Shown here: positions 7,297 through 15,835 of the stretch, piece by piece | How the letters are laid out: each line of letters begins with the position of its first letter | Numbering within the stretch: position 1 is the first letter of the stretch | DNA from: Gemmatimonadota bacterium | GTDB lineage: Bacteria; Latescibacterota; UBA2968; UBA8231 | DNA length: 16,736 nt | Reading direction: 5' to 3' | NCBI GenBank assembly: GCA_038128265.1 | Contig: JAYPJE010000076.1 | Span: 1-16,736, forward strand | The notes under the pieces: model-generated | What the model was told of the DNA's origin: nothing | The model's database searches: none | The model's input: the letters and a program-made list of their open reading frames with translations, nothing else | Program-made: the position numbers and the translations under genes

Positions 7297-8417
7297 TATC
7301 TTCCGTACGGATCGGCCGCGTCGCGCAGCCCATCGCCGACAAAGTTAAAAGCCAGCACGGCGACGACGACAAATACGGCTGGCGTCAGCAGCCACGGCTG
7401 CATGGCCACGGCCTGCACGTTCTGCGCCTCCTGCAGGAGCACGCCCCAGCTGGTTATGGGCGAGCGCAGGCCCAGACCGAGAAAGCTCAGCGAAGTTTCG
7501 CCGAGGATCATACCGGGCAGCGCCAGCGTCAGGCTAACGACGATGTGGCTGGTAAAGCCGGGCAAAAGGTGGCGGCCCATAATGCGGCTTTTGCTGGCGC
7601 CCATGAGCACGGCGGCCGTGGCGTAGTCCTCTTCGCGCAGGGCGAGAATTTTACCGCGCACCACGCGGGCCAGTCCAGTCCAGCCCAAAAAGGATAGCAC
7701 TACGGTAATGCCGAAGTAAATTTGCAGCGGCGACCAGGTGGCCGGCAGCGACGCGGACAGTGCCATCCAAAGCGGTATAGAGGGAAAGGAGCGCAGTATT
7801 TCTATCATGCGCTGAATGAGATTGTCTATCCAGCCGCCGTAGTAGCCGGATACGGCGCCAATGGTTAGGCCAAACACAAAGCTTAGCGCGACGCCTATCA
7901 GGCCTACGGTCAGCGAGATGCGCGCTCCGTAGAGAATGCGCGTCAGCAGGTCGCGCCCCAGTGAGTCGGTGCCGAGCAAAAAGAGCGTGCCGCCCTCGTC
8001 CACGCCGATTAGGTGGAGATCTGTTTCGAATAGGCCCATAAAGTGGTACGGGGTACCGCGTGCGAAAAAACGCAGCGGGTAGATCTGCTGTTGATCTTCG
8101 GCGTATACCTTGCGCAGCGTTTCGGGATGGCGCATGCCTTTAATACCGTAGACAAAGGGGATCAGATGTAGGCCGTCTGGCCCGACCCAGTGCAAGCGCT
8201 GCGGTGGCGCGTAGATATAGTCGATGTGCTGGTCTTCCAAGGCATAGGGAGAGAGAAATTCGCAGAAGAGCGCACTCATGTAGAGGACCAATACGACCAG
8301 GCCCGACCAGACGGCCAGGCGGTGCTTGGCAAATTTGCGTGCCATAAGCTGCCACTGCGAGGCCGTATACAGGTCTTCGCCATCGCGCGGCTGGTCTGTA
8401 GATGCGGTATCGCTCAT
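7296..8417 (-). CDS. ABC transporter permease (OppC/DppC-like)
   Basis: LLGTDSLGRDLLTRILYGARISL, EAA-loop variant EDYATAAVLMGAS, SFLGLG and C-terminal NFVGDGLRDAADP. Confidence 0.95.
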   Translation of the reverse strand: MSDTASTDQPRDGEDLYTASQWQLMARKFAKHRLAVWSGLVVLVLYMSALFCEFLSPYALEDQHIDYIYAPPQRLHWVGPDGLHLIPFVYGIKGMRHPETLRKVYAEDQQQIYPLRFFARGTPYHFMGLFETDLHLIGVDEGGTLFLLGTDSLGRDLLTRILYGARISLTVGLIGVALSFVFGLTIGAVSGYYGGWIDNLIQRMIEILRSFPSIPLWMALSASLPATWSPLQIYFGITVVLSFLGWTGLARVVRGKILALREEDYATAAVLMGASKSRIMGRHLLPGFTSHIVVSLTLALPGMILGETSLSFLGLGLRSPITSWGVLLQEAQNVQAVAMQPWLLTPAVFVVVAVLAFNFVGDGLRDAADPYGR

Positions 8418-9262
8418 GTATAGCTCGGTGCCTTGAAGACGTCGCCAAACGCGCCGCGCTCTTTGGCGCGCATATATTCGCGCTCGTAGGGCGATTCGCG
8501 CAGACGCGTTGGGCTGTTGCGCACGTCAAAGGGCATATTGGACGACTGCGGATAGTGGCTGTAGATCATCAGGCGACGGGGCCGGCCCGATGTGTTGGGT
8601 CGCGAGTTGTGCACGACCAGCACGTGGAAGATCATAAAAGATCCGGCCGGAGCGATCATATCGACGCCGCCAGCGTGGTCAATGAGTTCGGGGTTTACCT
8701 CGAGGCCGTTTTCCATGCGCTGGTGTTCGAGGTGCTCTCTGTGCGAGCCCGGCCAAATGCGCAGTGGACCGTTGTCAGCCGTGCAGTCGTCGAGCAGCAG
8801 CGCCGAGGATAGCACGCTCTGCGGGTAGTTCTGTGCTGCGTAGTATGCCCAGTCGTTATGCACGGGGAAGTAGTCGTCCATATCGCGTATCGGCAGGCCC
8901 TCGACCTCGGTGGGCAGCGGCTGCTTGTAGTTGAGCTTTTCCTCCATTAATACCGGTTCTTCGCCCATAATTTGGCGCAGTGGATGGACGATGCGCTCGT
9001 CGGCAATGGCCCTGCTAAAAGCCAGCGATAGGTCGTTGACGGGCTGTATTTTTCGCACCATCTGCACGCCCTGCGACGTGCGGCGCCAGTCGAGGCGGCC
9101 GCTGGTTCGCCCGTTCATAAGCGACGAGTTGATGACGAGTTCGAGCAGGTAATCGGCTTCGGCCTGCAGAGCTGCGACTTCCTCTTTAGAAAAGGCGTTT
9201 TCGAGGACCAAGTAGCCATTTTCCTTAAAGAAGTCGATGTGTGCCTGCGATAGTTCGCTCAT
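8414..9262 (-). CDS. PhyH/ectoine hydroxylase-like Fe(II)/2OG dioxygenase (canonical HxD...H)
   Basis: FKENGYLVLENAF, EKLNYK, HND metal motif, DNGPLRIWPGSH, distal VHNS and PRR. ATGA overlap with the downstream permease. Confidence 0.92.
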   Translation of the reverse strand: MSELSQAHIDFFKENGYLVLENAFSKEEVAALQAEADYLLELVINSSLMNGRTSGRLDWRRTSQGVQMVRKIQPVNDLSLAFSRAIADERIVHPLRQIMGEEPVLMEEKLNYKQPLPTEVEGLPIRDMDDYFPVHNDWAYYAAQNYPQSVLSSALLLDDCTADNGPLRIWPGSHREHLEHQRMENGLEVNPELIDHAGGVDMIAPAGSFMIFHVLVVHNSRPNTSGRPRRLMIYSHYPQSSNMPFDVRNSPTRLRESPYEREYMRAKERGAFGDVFKAPSYT

Positions 9263-9263
9263 G

Positions 9264-10121
9264 CTAACTCACTTTCAGAAGCGCTAGGCCAGCGGCGATA
9301 GAGAATACGCCCACCAGCTTGAGCGGCGTGTACTGTTCGCGCAGAAAGACAAAGCCGATAAGCGAGCCAATGACTACGGACGACTCGCGCGCAGCGACTA
9401 TATAGCTGACGGGTCCCAGCGTGTAGGCATAGAGAATGAGCAGGTAGGTGCCGAGGGAGCCCAGACCGATAAAGGCGATATAGCGAAAGTGCGTCCGCGC
9501 CGTTTGTCGCAGCGTGCCGCGGCGCTGGCGCCAAACGGAGGGCCAGCGAAAGAGCGATCCAAGTAGCCACATGCCGGTTATGTAGTAGAGCGGGTGCATG
9601 TGGGCTACGCCGAGCTTGTCGACCAGCGAGTAGGCGACGATGGATAGGCCAACGCCCAGGGCTAAGAGCACGCTTTGTCGGCTGGCCGTGGCGCTGCGCA
9701 GCGCCGGTGCGCCAATCAGCGCAATACCCAGCATGACGAGCCCAATGCCAGCTCCTCCCAGGGTGGTTACGTCTTCTCCCAGCAGCACAATCCCTCCCAG
9801 CGCCGTCAGGCCGACGCCCGAGCCGCGCGCAATGGGATAGACCAGCGAGACTTCGCCATATTCGTAGGCGCGTGCCAGCAGGGCAAAATAGACCGCGTGC
9901 AGGATGCCGGTAGCCAGCAGGTAGAACAGGGCGGTTTGGCTTATGATAGGCGGGCCGTTTTGCCACCACAGATACAGGCACGGCGGTATCATGGCTAGCG
10001 TGCCAAGAGCAAAAGACAGCCATAAGACAGCGACGTCGCCGGCGACGCGGCGGGCGGCCGCGTTCCACAGCGCGTGCCCGACTGCGGCGAGCATAACCCA
10101 TGTCCATACTTCGCTGTCCAT
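9264..10121 (-). CDS. EamA/DMT family transporter
   Basis: About 10 hydrophobic segments in two repeats: HALWN, AYEYGEVSLVYPIARG, YSLVDKLGV, VSYIVAARESSVV, FLRE. Confidence 0.92.
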   Translation of the reverse strand: MDSEVWTWVMLAAVGHALWNAAARRVAGDVAVLWLSFALGTLAMIPPCLYLWWQNGPPIISQTALFYLLATGILHAVYFALLARAYEYGEVSLVYPIARGSGVGLTALGGIVLLGEDVTTLGGAGIGLVMLGIALIGAPALRSATASRQSVLLALGVGLSIVAYSLVDKLGVAHMHPLYYITGMWLLGSLFRWPSVWRQRRGTLRQTARTHFRYIAFIGLGSLGTYLLILYAYTLGPVSYIVAARESSVVIGSLIGFVFLREQYTPLKLVGVFSIAAGLALLKVS

Positions 10122-10124
10122 GCA

Positions 10125-11207
10125 TTAGCCCTTGCCCTCGTAGCGAATGCGCGGATCGAGCCAGAGCAGCAGAATATCCGACAGCAGCGTGCCGATGACC
10201 GTCAGAAAACTGAGCAGCATGACCATAGAGCCGGCCAGGTACATATCCTGGTTTTGCAGTGCGCGCAGCAGGAGCGGTCCGGTTGTCGGCAGGCCGAGGA
10301 CGACGGCGACAATGACCGATCCAGAGACGATGCCCGGCAGCACCCAGCCGACCGTGCTGATGAGTGGGTTGAGGGCTACGCGTACTGGGTATTTTACAAG
10401 CAGCTTCCACGGAGAGAGCCCCTTGGCTCGCGCCGTCATTACATACTGCTTGGGCAGCTCGTCGAGCAGGTTGCCGCGCATAACGCGGATCAGTCCGGCC
10501 GTGCCCGAGGTGCCGATGACGATCACGGGAATCCACAGGTGAGCGATGAGGTCGGCAAATTTGGCTACCGACCATTCAGCCTCGACGTACTCGGGAGAGA
10601 AGAGACCGCCGGCACTGACCCCGAAGACGGAGTAGCCGATGTACATAAAGATCAGAGCGAGGAGAAAGTTGGGCGTAGCCAGGCCAATAAAACCAAGAAC
10701 CGAAAAGGCATAGTCGCCGAATGAATATTGGCGCACGGCCGAGTAGATGCCGATGGGAATGGCCAGTGCCCAAGTGAAGAGCAACGTGACGATGGAAATG
10801 ACGATGGTGAGAAAGATGCGCTCGCCAATCAGCTCCATCACCTGTCGGTTCCATTCAAACGACATGCCGAAATCGGGCCACTTAAAGCCTGGCCAGTTAA
10901 ACGAGCGCGTGCCGCCCGTTTCGTATATCCACAGGTAGGAACCGCTGTCGTGGCGAGTAAAGCCGAAGGGCAGCAGGTTGTTGAGCCACTTGCCGTACTG
11001 CAGGAAAAACGGTTCGTCGAGGTTGTAGCGCCGGCGCAGCGCTTCGACCTGCTCTTCGGCGACGGACTCGCCCGTTTCCTCGAGGGCCGTGATATACGAG
11101 GTCAGGTAGTCACCCGGCGGCAGCTGGATCAGCGCGAACGAAATAAACGAGATGGCCAGCAGGGTGGGCACCATCCACAGCAGGCGTTTGAGTATGAGGT
11201 GAATCAC
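10125..11207 (-). CDS. ABC transporter permease (OppB/DppB-like)
   Basis: KRLLWMVPTL, LPPGD, DFGMSF, YVMTARAKGL and QDMYLA...LDPRIR. GTG start. Confidence 0.95.
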   Translation of the reverse strand: MIHLILKRLLWMVPTLLAISFISFALIQLPPGDYLTSYITALEETGESVAEEQVEALRRRYNLDEPFFLQYGKWLNNLLPFGFTRHDSGSYLWIYETGGTRSFNWPGFKWPDFGMSFEWNRQVMELIGERIFLTIVISIVTLLFTWALAIPIGIYSAVRQYSFGDYAFSVLGFIGLATPNFLLALIFMYIGYSVFGVSAGGLFSPEYVEAEWSVAKFADLIAHLWIPVIVIGTSGTAGLIRVMRGNLLDELPKQYVMTARAKGLSPWKLLVKYPVRVALNPLISTVGWVLPGIVSGSVIVAVVLGLPTTGPLLLRALQNQDMYLAGSMVMLLSFLTVIGTLLSDILLLWLDPRIRYEGKG

Positions 11208-11210
11208 GCG

Positions 11211-13247
11211 TCAGCCCTCGTCGATGGCATAGGATTCCGGCGCCGTGGCGCCCGGCGTGCGCAGCGGCCAGCAGCCGACGGCCACTTCCGGCACGTTGCG
11301 AAAGGTGTCTTTGACGATAAAGAGTTGAGGGATGGCACCGACCGTGCCAATGACCCACAGGTTCTGCCGATTGATTTCGATAATTTCTTTAAAAAGGCGA
11401 ATCTGCTCCCCTTCGTCGACCGTGCGCTCAATCTGGCCAAAGAGCTCGAGGGCGCGCAGCATCTCCGGCGGTGGCTCGGTGCCGTTCTTGCCGTCGGAGC
11501 GATACCAGCGCGCGTAGTCGAGCGCGTGGAAAGACGAACCGCTGTAGGGAAAGAACCAGCGCGGGTCGAGGGTGGGAATAATCTCGCCGGCGCCGCCCCA
11601 GACCAGCACGTCGCAGAGCAGAGCGTTGCGGCGCTGCGCGTAGAGCTGGCGCGCCTGTGTCTTGACTTTGGCATCAATGCCGATGGCGCGCCAGTTGGCG
11701 GCAATCATTTCAAACATCTTGCCGGCGCCGAGCATAGTCGACGAAGTCTCAATGTTGAGCACGAGCGGCTGGCCGTCGGAGCGCAGGCGCATGCCGCGCT
11801 CGTCGCGTTGAGTCAGGCCGATGCCGTCGAGCAGCTGGTTGGCCAGCGCCGGGTCGTACGTCAGATAGCCGTAGGCGTGCTCGGCCACGTGGTAAGCCGA
11901 AATGGGCGGCGGAGAAATCTGTCGCGCTTCGCCCACGCCGAGAAAGGCGGCTTCGCGAATGGCATCGCGATCCATGGCGTGCGACATGGCGATGCGAAAA
12001 TCGCGCTGGTGGAACAGGGCGCGCAGCACGTCGTCTTTGTGGTTTAGGTTAAATACGATCGCTGTGGTGCCATCTCCACCGTCGAGCCAGTGACGCACGC
12101 TGTATCCGCCCCGCTCCCTATTGGCCATAAAGATGGGGTAGTTCTGAAAGGTTAGATGGCGGCCCTGCATCCCGATCTCGCCGTTGATTGCCTTGATGTT
12201 GATCGTCTCGAGGTCGTATATGTCAAAGGTGATGCGGTCTATGTAGGGGAGCTGACGCCCTTCGGGATCAACTTTCCAATAGTAGGGATTGCGCACGAAT
12301 TCAGCGGGGCGCGCCGGCGGTGGTTTACTGACAACCCACGCCCAGATGCGCGGACATTCTACGTTGCGATAGTCGTGGCGGTCGCGGAAAAGCTGGTACC
12401 AAAAATCTTTGCCCTCTGTGCGCGCCAGCTGCTCCAGCTCTTCTACGGGGCGATAGTGTGGATGGAAGTTTTTCAGATAATGCGCCGGGTAGTAAACAAG
12501 CTGGTAGCTGAGGTTCGAGGCCAGCTGTTTGAGGAAGAGGCCATAGGGTTCGGCAAAGCGAAAGCGCACGGTGTAGTCGTCTATCTTTTCGCACTGCACC
12601 GTCTGGCCACCCTTGCGATACTCTACGGGAATAACGGGCGTGAGCTCTTCGTTGTGCAGCACGTCGCGATACCAGAACAGAATATCGTCGGCGCCAAAAG
12701 GATGGCCGTCGGACCAGCGCACGCCGCGGCGCAGGTAGAACGTATAGCTGCGACCGCCGTCTTCGATATCCCAGTGCGTAGCTAAATTGGGCAGGATCTC
12801 GCGTCCCATCGGATCCCAGCGCACCAGGCCGTCGTAGGCGAGGCGATGGTGAAAGATGCCAATGTCAGACGGACTGGTTCCGTAGCGCGTCCACGTGCCT
12901 CCGTACGGCCCCATTTGATGGGCGGGACGAATCACCAGCGGGTTTTCCGGCAGCCGCTCTTCGACGGGGGGAAGCTGGCCTGCGGCGACGCGTCCGGCCA
13001 GTATGGGCGCCTGCTGGAAGGGTGTGCCATCGGCGGGCCACTCGCTTAGCGCATGCAGCGCTTCCGGCTCGGTCGCCTGACGCTCGGGGGTGGGAATGGC
13101 CTCCAGCTGAGCTATATCGACACTGCTGGCGCCAGATAGCCAAAAGGTCAGATGCGCCATGAGGCCGGTGAGCGCGCAGAGACCGATAAACACGATGGCG
13201 AGGCGCACGGCGGTTTTGGGGCGTGGATTGAGTTTAGTTAGATCCAA
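11211..13247 (-). CDS. ABC transporter substrate-binding protein, family 5 (OppA/DppA-like)
   Basis: LPPVEERLPENPLV, YGGT, PNLATHW, LRRGVRWSDGHPFGADD, RNPYYWKVD...QLPYID and FRIAMSHAMDR. N-terminal hydrophobic segment. TTG start without a clear SD, so the start is uncertain. Confidence 0.93.
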   Translation of the reverse strand: MDLTKLNPRPKTAVRLAIVFIGLCALTGLMAHLTFWLSGASSVDIAQLEAIPTPERQATEPEALHALSEWPADGTPFQQAPILAGRVAAGQLPPVEERLPENPLVIRPAHQMGPYGGTWTRYGTSPSDIGIFHHRLAYDGLVRWDPMGREILPNLATHWDIEDGGRSYTFYLRRGVRWSDGHPFGADDILFWYRDVLHNEELTPVIPVEYRKGGQTVQCEKIDDYTVRFRFAEPYGLFLKQLASNLSYQLVYYPAHYLKNFHPHYRPVEELEQLARTEGKDFWYQLFRDRHDYRNVECPRIWAWVVSKPPPARPAEFVRNPYYWKVDPEGRQLPYIDRITFDIYDLETINIKAINGEIGMQGRHLTFQNYPIFMANRERGGYSVRHWLDGGDGTTAIVFNLNHKDDVLRALFHQRDFRIAMSHAMDRDAIREAAFLGVGEARQISPPPISAYHVAEHAYGYLTYDPALANQLLDGIGLTQRDERGMRLRSDGQPLVLNIETSSTMLGAGKMFEMIAANWRAIGIDAKVKTQARQLYAQRRNALLCDVLVWGGAGEIIPTLDPRWFFPYSGSSFHALDYARWYRSDGKNGTEPPPEMLRALELFGQIERTVDEGEQIRLFKEIIEINRQNLWVIGTVGAIPQLFIVKDTFRNVPEVAVGCWPLRTPGATAPESYAIDEG

Positions 13248-13313
13248 AATAGGCGGTCAATTTTTGTCTGGTAGCGCATCGCGACGCACACCGATGGAGC
13301 GGTGCGGGGGATT

Positions 13314-13342
13314 AGTATAGGCAAGTCTTCCGGTGGAGGGAA
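13314..13342 (-). promoter_or_regulatory. Putative sigma70 promoter of the ABC operon
   Basis: Minus strand TTCCCT (13342-13337), 17-bp spacer, TATACT (13319-13314). Shares the 9-mer TATACTAAT with the msrA promoter. Confidence 0.45.
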
Positions 13343-13377
13343 GGGCCGTTCGGTCGTTTTTGTCTGCAGCACGGGGG

Positions 13378-13405
13378 TTGGAGAGTATGCGCGGTATGCT
13401 ATAAT
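13378..13405 (+). promoter_or_regulatory. Extended -10 sigma70 promoter of the DUF3179-like gene
   Basis: Perfect TGCTATAAT (13397-13405), with TTGGAG (13378-13383) 16 bp upstream of the TATAAT hexamer. Confidence 0.65.
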
Positions 13406-13475
13406 AGGGGGTGAGATGATCCCAATACGTGCATTTCGTCCTACGGTATTTCTCAAAGCTTTTGAGGAGAGCTAC

Positions 13476-14918
13476 ATGCTCCATGTCTCGCTTTTCGCAC
13501 TGTTGCTGTGGTCAATGCCAGCCGAAGCCGATCGCTACGAGAATCCCGGCTTTTTGACGGCACACCTGGTTTCGGGAGGACCACCTAAAGACGGCATTCC
13601 AGCGCTGACCAATCCGAATTTCGTCGACCCAGAACGCATTTCGTACCTGCGCGAAGACGATCTCGTTATGGGGCTGGTGTTCAATGGCGATGCGAGGGCG
13701 TACCCGCACAATATTGGATGGTGGAACGAGATTGTAAACGATCGCTTCTCCGATCGCTTCGTGAGCGTCACGCTCTGTCCGCTGACGGGAACGGGTTTGG
13801 TCTTTGATGCTACTGAAGTCGGGGGATCACAAATTGAGTTTGGCGTCTCCGGCCTGTTAATCAACAGCAATCTAGTGATGTATGACCGTCGCGACGACGC
13901 CACGCTCTATCCACAGATGATCTATCGCGCCATCAACGGCGCCGACGTGGGTAAACAGCTGGAATTGCTACCGGTGGTCGAGACGACCTGGGGTATGTGG
14001 AAAAAAATGTATCCCAACACCACGGTTGTTGAGGCGGGAACTGGATGGGAACGCTATGCGGGCGAGCGTCCAATCTATACCGAAAGGGCCTACGAGAACT
14101 ACCCCTATATTTCGGCCCGACTAGGTGATTACCGAACGAGCAATGAGTATTTGATTTTCGTTCCATCCACGGCGGATATCGATCCGCGCTTTGAAATTAA
14201 GGACATGGTCCTTGGACTTGGCCTGGGACGGGATAACAAGGCCTATCCGTTTGCGTCCATGCCCGACGGGGCCGTGATAAACGATGTGCTCGATGGGCAA
14301 CGTATCGCAGTCATTTATGCCGCTGAATCGCGCACGGCCATAGCCTATTTCAGTGAATTGGGTGGGCGCGCACTCAGTTTTTACTCCGTTGATCCAGAGG
14401 GCGATTTGCCCGTCGAATTTGTCGATGTGGAGACGGGTTCGCGCTGGGATATGCTCGGTCGAGCAGTGGAAGGACCGCTCGCTGGCCAGCAGCTGCGTCA
14501 GGTGCCGTCCTACAACTCGATGTGGTTTGCCTGGGCCGCCTACTGGCCCGACACCGAACTGTGGTCGGGCGAGGGCATACTCGACGCGCGCGACGTCGCC
14601 GATACGGCAGTGGAAGAGGTGCTGTCGCTGCCTCAGGCATTTGTGCTTGGACAAAACGTCCCCAATCCGTTTAATCCCGAAACGCGCATACACTATCAGG
14701 TGCCTGTCGATGGACTGGTCAGACTGACCATCTATGCCAGCAACGGGCAAACGGTGCGCACGCTAGTGGATGGCTTCCGGCGCAGCGGTCTCCATATCGC
14801 GCGCTGGGATGGGCTCGACGAGGTGGGTAGAGCTGCAGCCAGCGGCAGTTACCTGTATCGGCTGGAGATGCCAACCGAGGAGCATAGCGCAGTCCGCTCC
14901 ATGACGCTTGTGCGCTGA
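13476..14918 (+). CDS. Secreted DUF3179-like protein with C-terminal T9SS type A / FlgD-Ig-like domain
   Basis: GAGGAG RBS at 13464-13469. Signal peptide ends near AEA. DUF3179 motifs GGPPKDGIPAL, ARAYP, EIVND, CPLTGTG, FGVSGLL.NSNL.MYDR and WFAWAAY. C-terminus has LGQNVPNPFNPETRI...WDGLDE.G...ASGSYLYRL. Confidence 0.88.
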   Translation: MLHVSLFALLLWSMPAEADRYENPGFLTAHLVSGGPPKDGIPALTNPNFVDPERISYLREDDLVMGLVFNGDARAYPHNIGWWNEIVNDRFSDRFVSVTLCPLTGTGLVFDATEVGGSQIEFGVSGLLINSNLVMYDRRDDATLYPQMIYRAINGADVGKQLELLPVVETTWGMWKKMYPNTTVVEAGTGWERYAGERPIYTERAYENYPYISARLGDYRTSNEYLIFVPSTADIDPRFEIKDMVLGLGLGRDNKAYPFASMPDGAVINDVLDGQRIAVIYAAESRTAIAYFSELGGRALSFYSVDPEGDLPVEFVDVETGSRWDMLGRAVEGPLAGQQLRQVPSYNSMWFAWAAYWPDTELWSGEGILDARDVADTAVEEVLSLPQAFVLGQNVPNPFNPETRIHYQVPVDGLVRLTIYASNGQTVRTLVDGFRRSGLHIARWDGLDEVGRAAASGSYLYRLEMPTEEHSAVRSMTLVR

Positions 14919-14931
14919 GCGCAGGCCTTCT

Positions 14932-15828
14932 ATGCGAGTCCATGCGTATCGGTGTATCGCGCTATTGGTCCTGTGTGTCGGCGATCTTTCGGCCGGCGCG
15001 TGGACCCTGCCAAAGGGTGTCGCGTGGACCAAGCTGAGCTACTTTAGTCAGCAAACCCGCGAATGGTACAGCGCGCACAGGCAGTGGGTTGCCGGTGAAA
15101 TCGTGGATCCCGGTGTGCGCACGCGCTACAATTTTGAAGGACGCTACGACTCGCACGCCGCGTTTTTTGAAGCCGTATATGGCGCGAGCGAGCGCTTAGA
15201 TATAGGCGTGCAAATTCCCTACTTTGCGCAGCGATATGCGGACCAGACGCGCGATCAATCGCTGTCGGCCACCGGCCTAGGCGACGTGCGCGCGACCGTT
15301 AAGCTACGCCTTGTCGAACGCCCCCTTGTTTTTGCCGTGCAGGGAGGGGTCAAGATGCCAACGGGGGACTTTCGCAACGTGGATGGACTTATTCCGGTGG
15401 GAGAGGGACAGTGGGATGTCGACGTAGCTTTTGCCGCGGGGCGCTCCTTCTGGCCGCGCGCACTCTATGCCAACGCGGAAGGGGGTTATCGGCTGCGCCG
15501 CACGAATAGTCAAATTGACCGCGATCCGGGCGACGAGTGGTTTTGCAGTGCCGAAGTGGGGGGGCGCCTAGCCCCTCGCGTGCGTCTGATGGGAAAGTTC
15601 GAGCTGCTGCACGGGGGGCCAGCGCGCGAGTTTGGCGGCATTGTAAATCGCTCGCAGATCAAGCGCATTCGCTACGCGGCGGCCGTGGTCTACCTCGATA
15701 TCAGTGCGCGCACGGCGCTGGAAGCCGGCGCCCGCTTTTCGCTGGGAGGGCGCAACTACCCAGCGGGCACGCAGTGGATTGTCGCGCTAGCGCGCGACTG
15801 GCGCGTGGGAGCGGAAAAGGGTGAGTAG
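14932..15828 (+). CDS. Probable outer-membrane beta-barrel protein (SphA / MetA-pathway-of-phenol-degradation-like transporter)
   Basis: Signal peptide followed by AWTLPKG, YGASERLDIGVQIPY, GLGDVRAT, VKMPTG and GEGQWD, with alternating amphipathic beta strands. Begins 13 bp after the DUF3179-like gene. Confidence 0.65.
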   Translation: MRVHAYRCIALLVLCVGDLSAGAWTLPKGVAWTKLSYFSQQTREWYSAHRQWVAGEIVDPGVRTRYNFEGRYDSHAAFFEAVYGASERLDIGVQIPYFAQRYADQTRDQSLSATGLGDVRATVKLRLVERPLVFAVQGGVKMPTGDFRNVDGLIPVGEGQWDVDVAFAAGRSFWPRALYANAEGGYRLRRTNSQIDRDPGDEWFCSAEVGGRLAPRVRLMGKFELLHGGPAREFGGIVNRSQIKRIRYAAAVVYLDISARTALEAGARFSLGGRNYPAGTQWIVALARDWRVGAEKGE

Positions 15829-15835
15829 GCCCTAG

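Noticed and set aside
9259..10575. 438-aa alternative-frame ORF spanning permease B and EamA
   Set aside because: Arg/His/Ala-rich with no motifs, typical of stop-poor frames in high-GC DNA. Both overlapped genes are intact, so no frameshift is implied.
10728..12047. 439-aa antisense ORF (and similar ones such as 6805..7626 and 12156..12785)
   Set aside because: Antisense shadows of well-supported ABC genes without RBS or domain motifs.
13302..13475. ORF-track N-terminal extension of the DUF3179-like gene
   Set aside because: Overlaps the promoter elements; GAGGAG plus a signal peptide support ATG 13476.
13740..13800. Possible selenocysteine recoding in the DUF3179-like gene, and a GATCGCTTC direct repeat
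   Set aside because: The motif codon is TGT (Cys) with no in-frame TGA. The 9-bp repeat has only two copies and simply encodes DRF-S-DRF.
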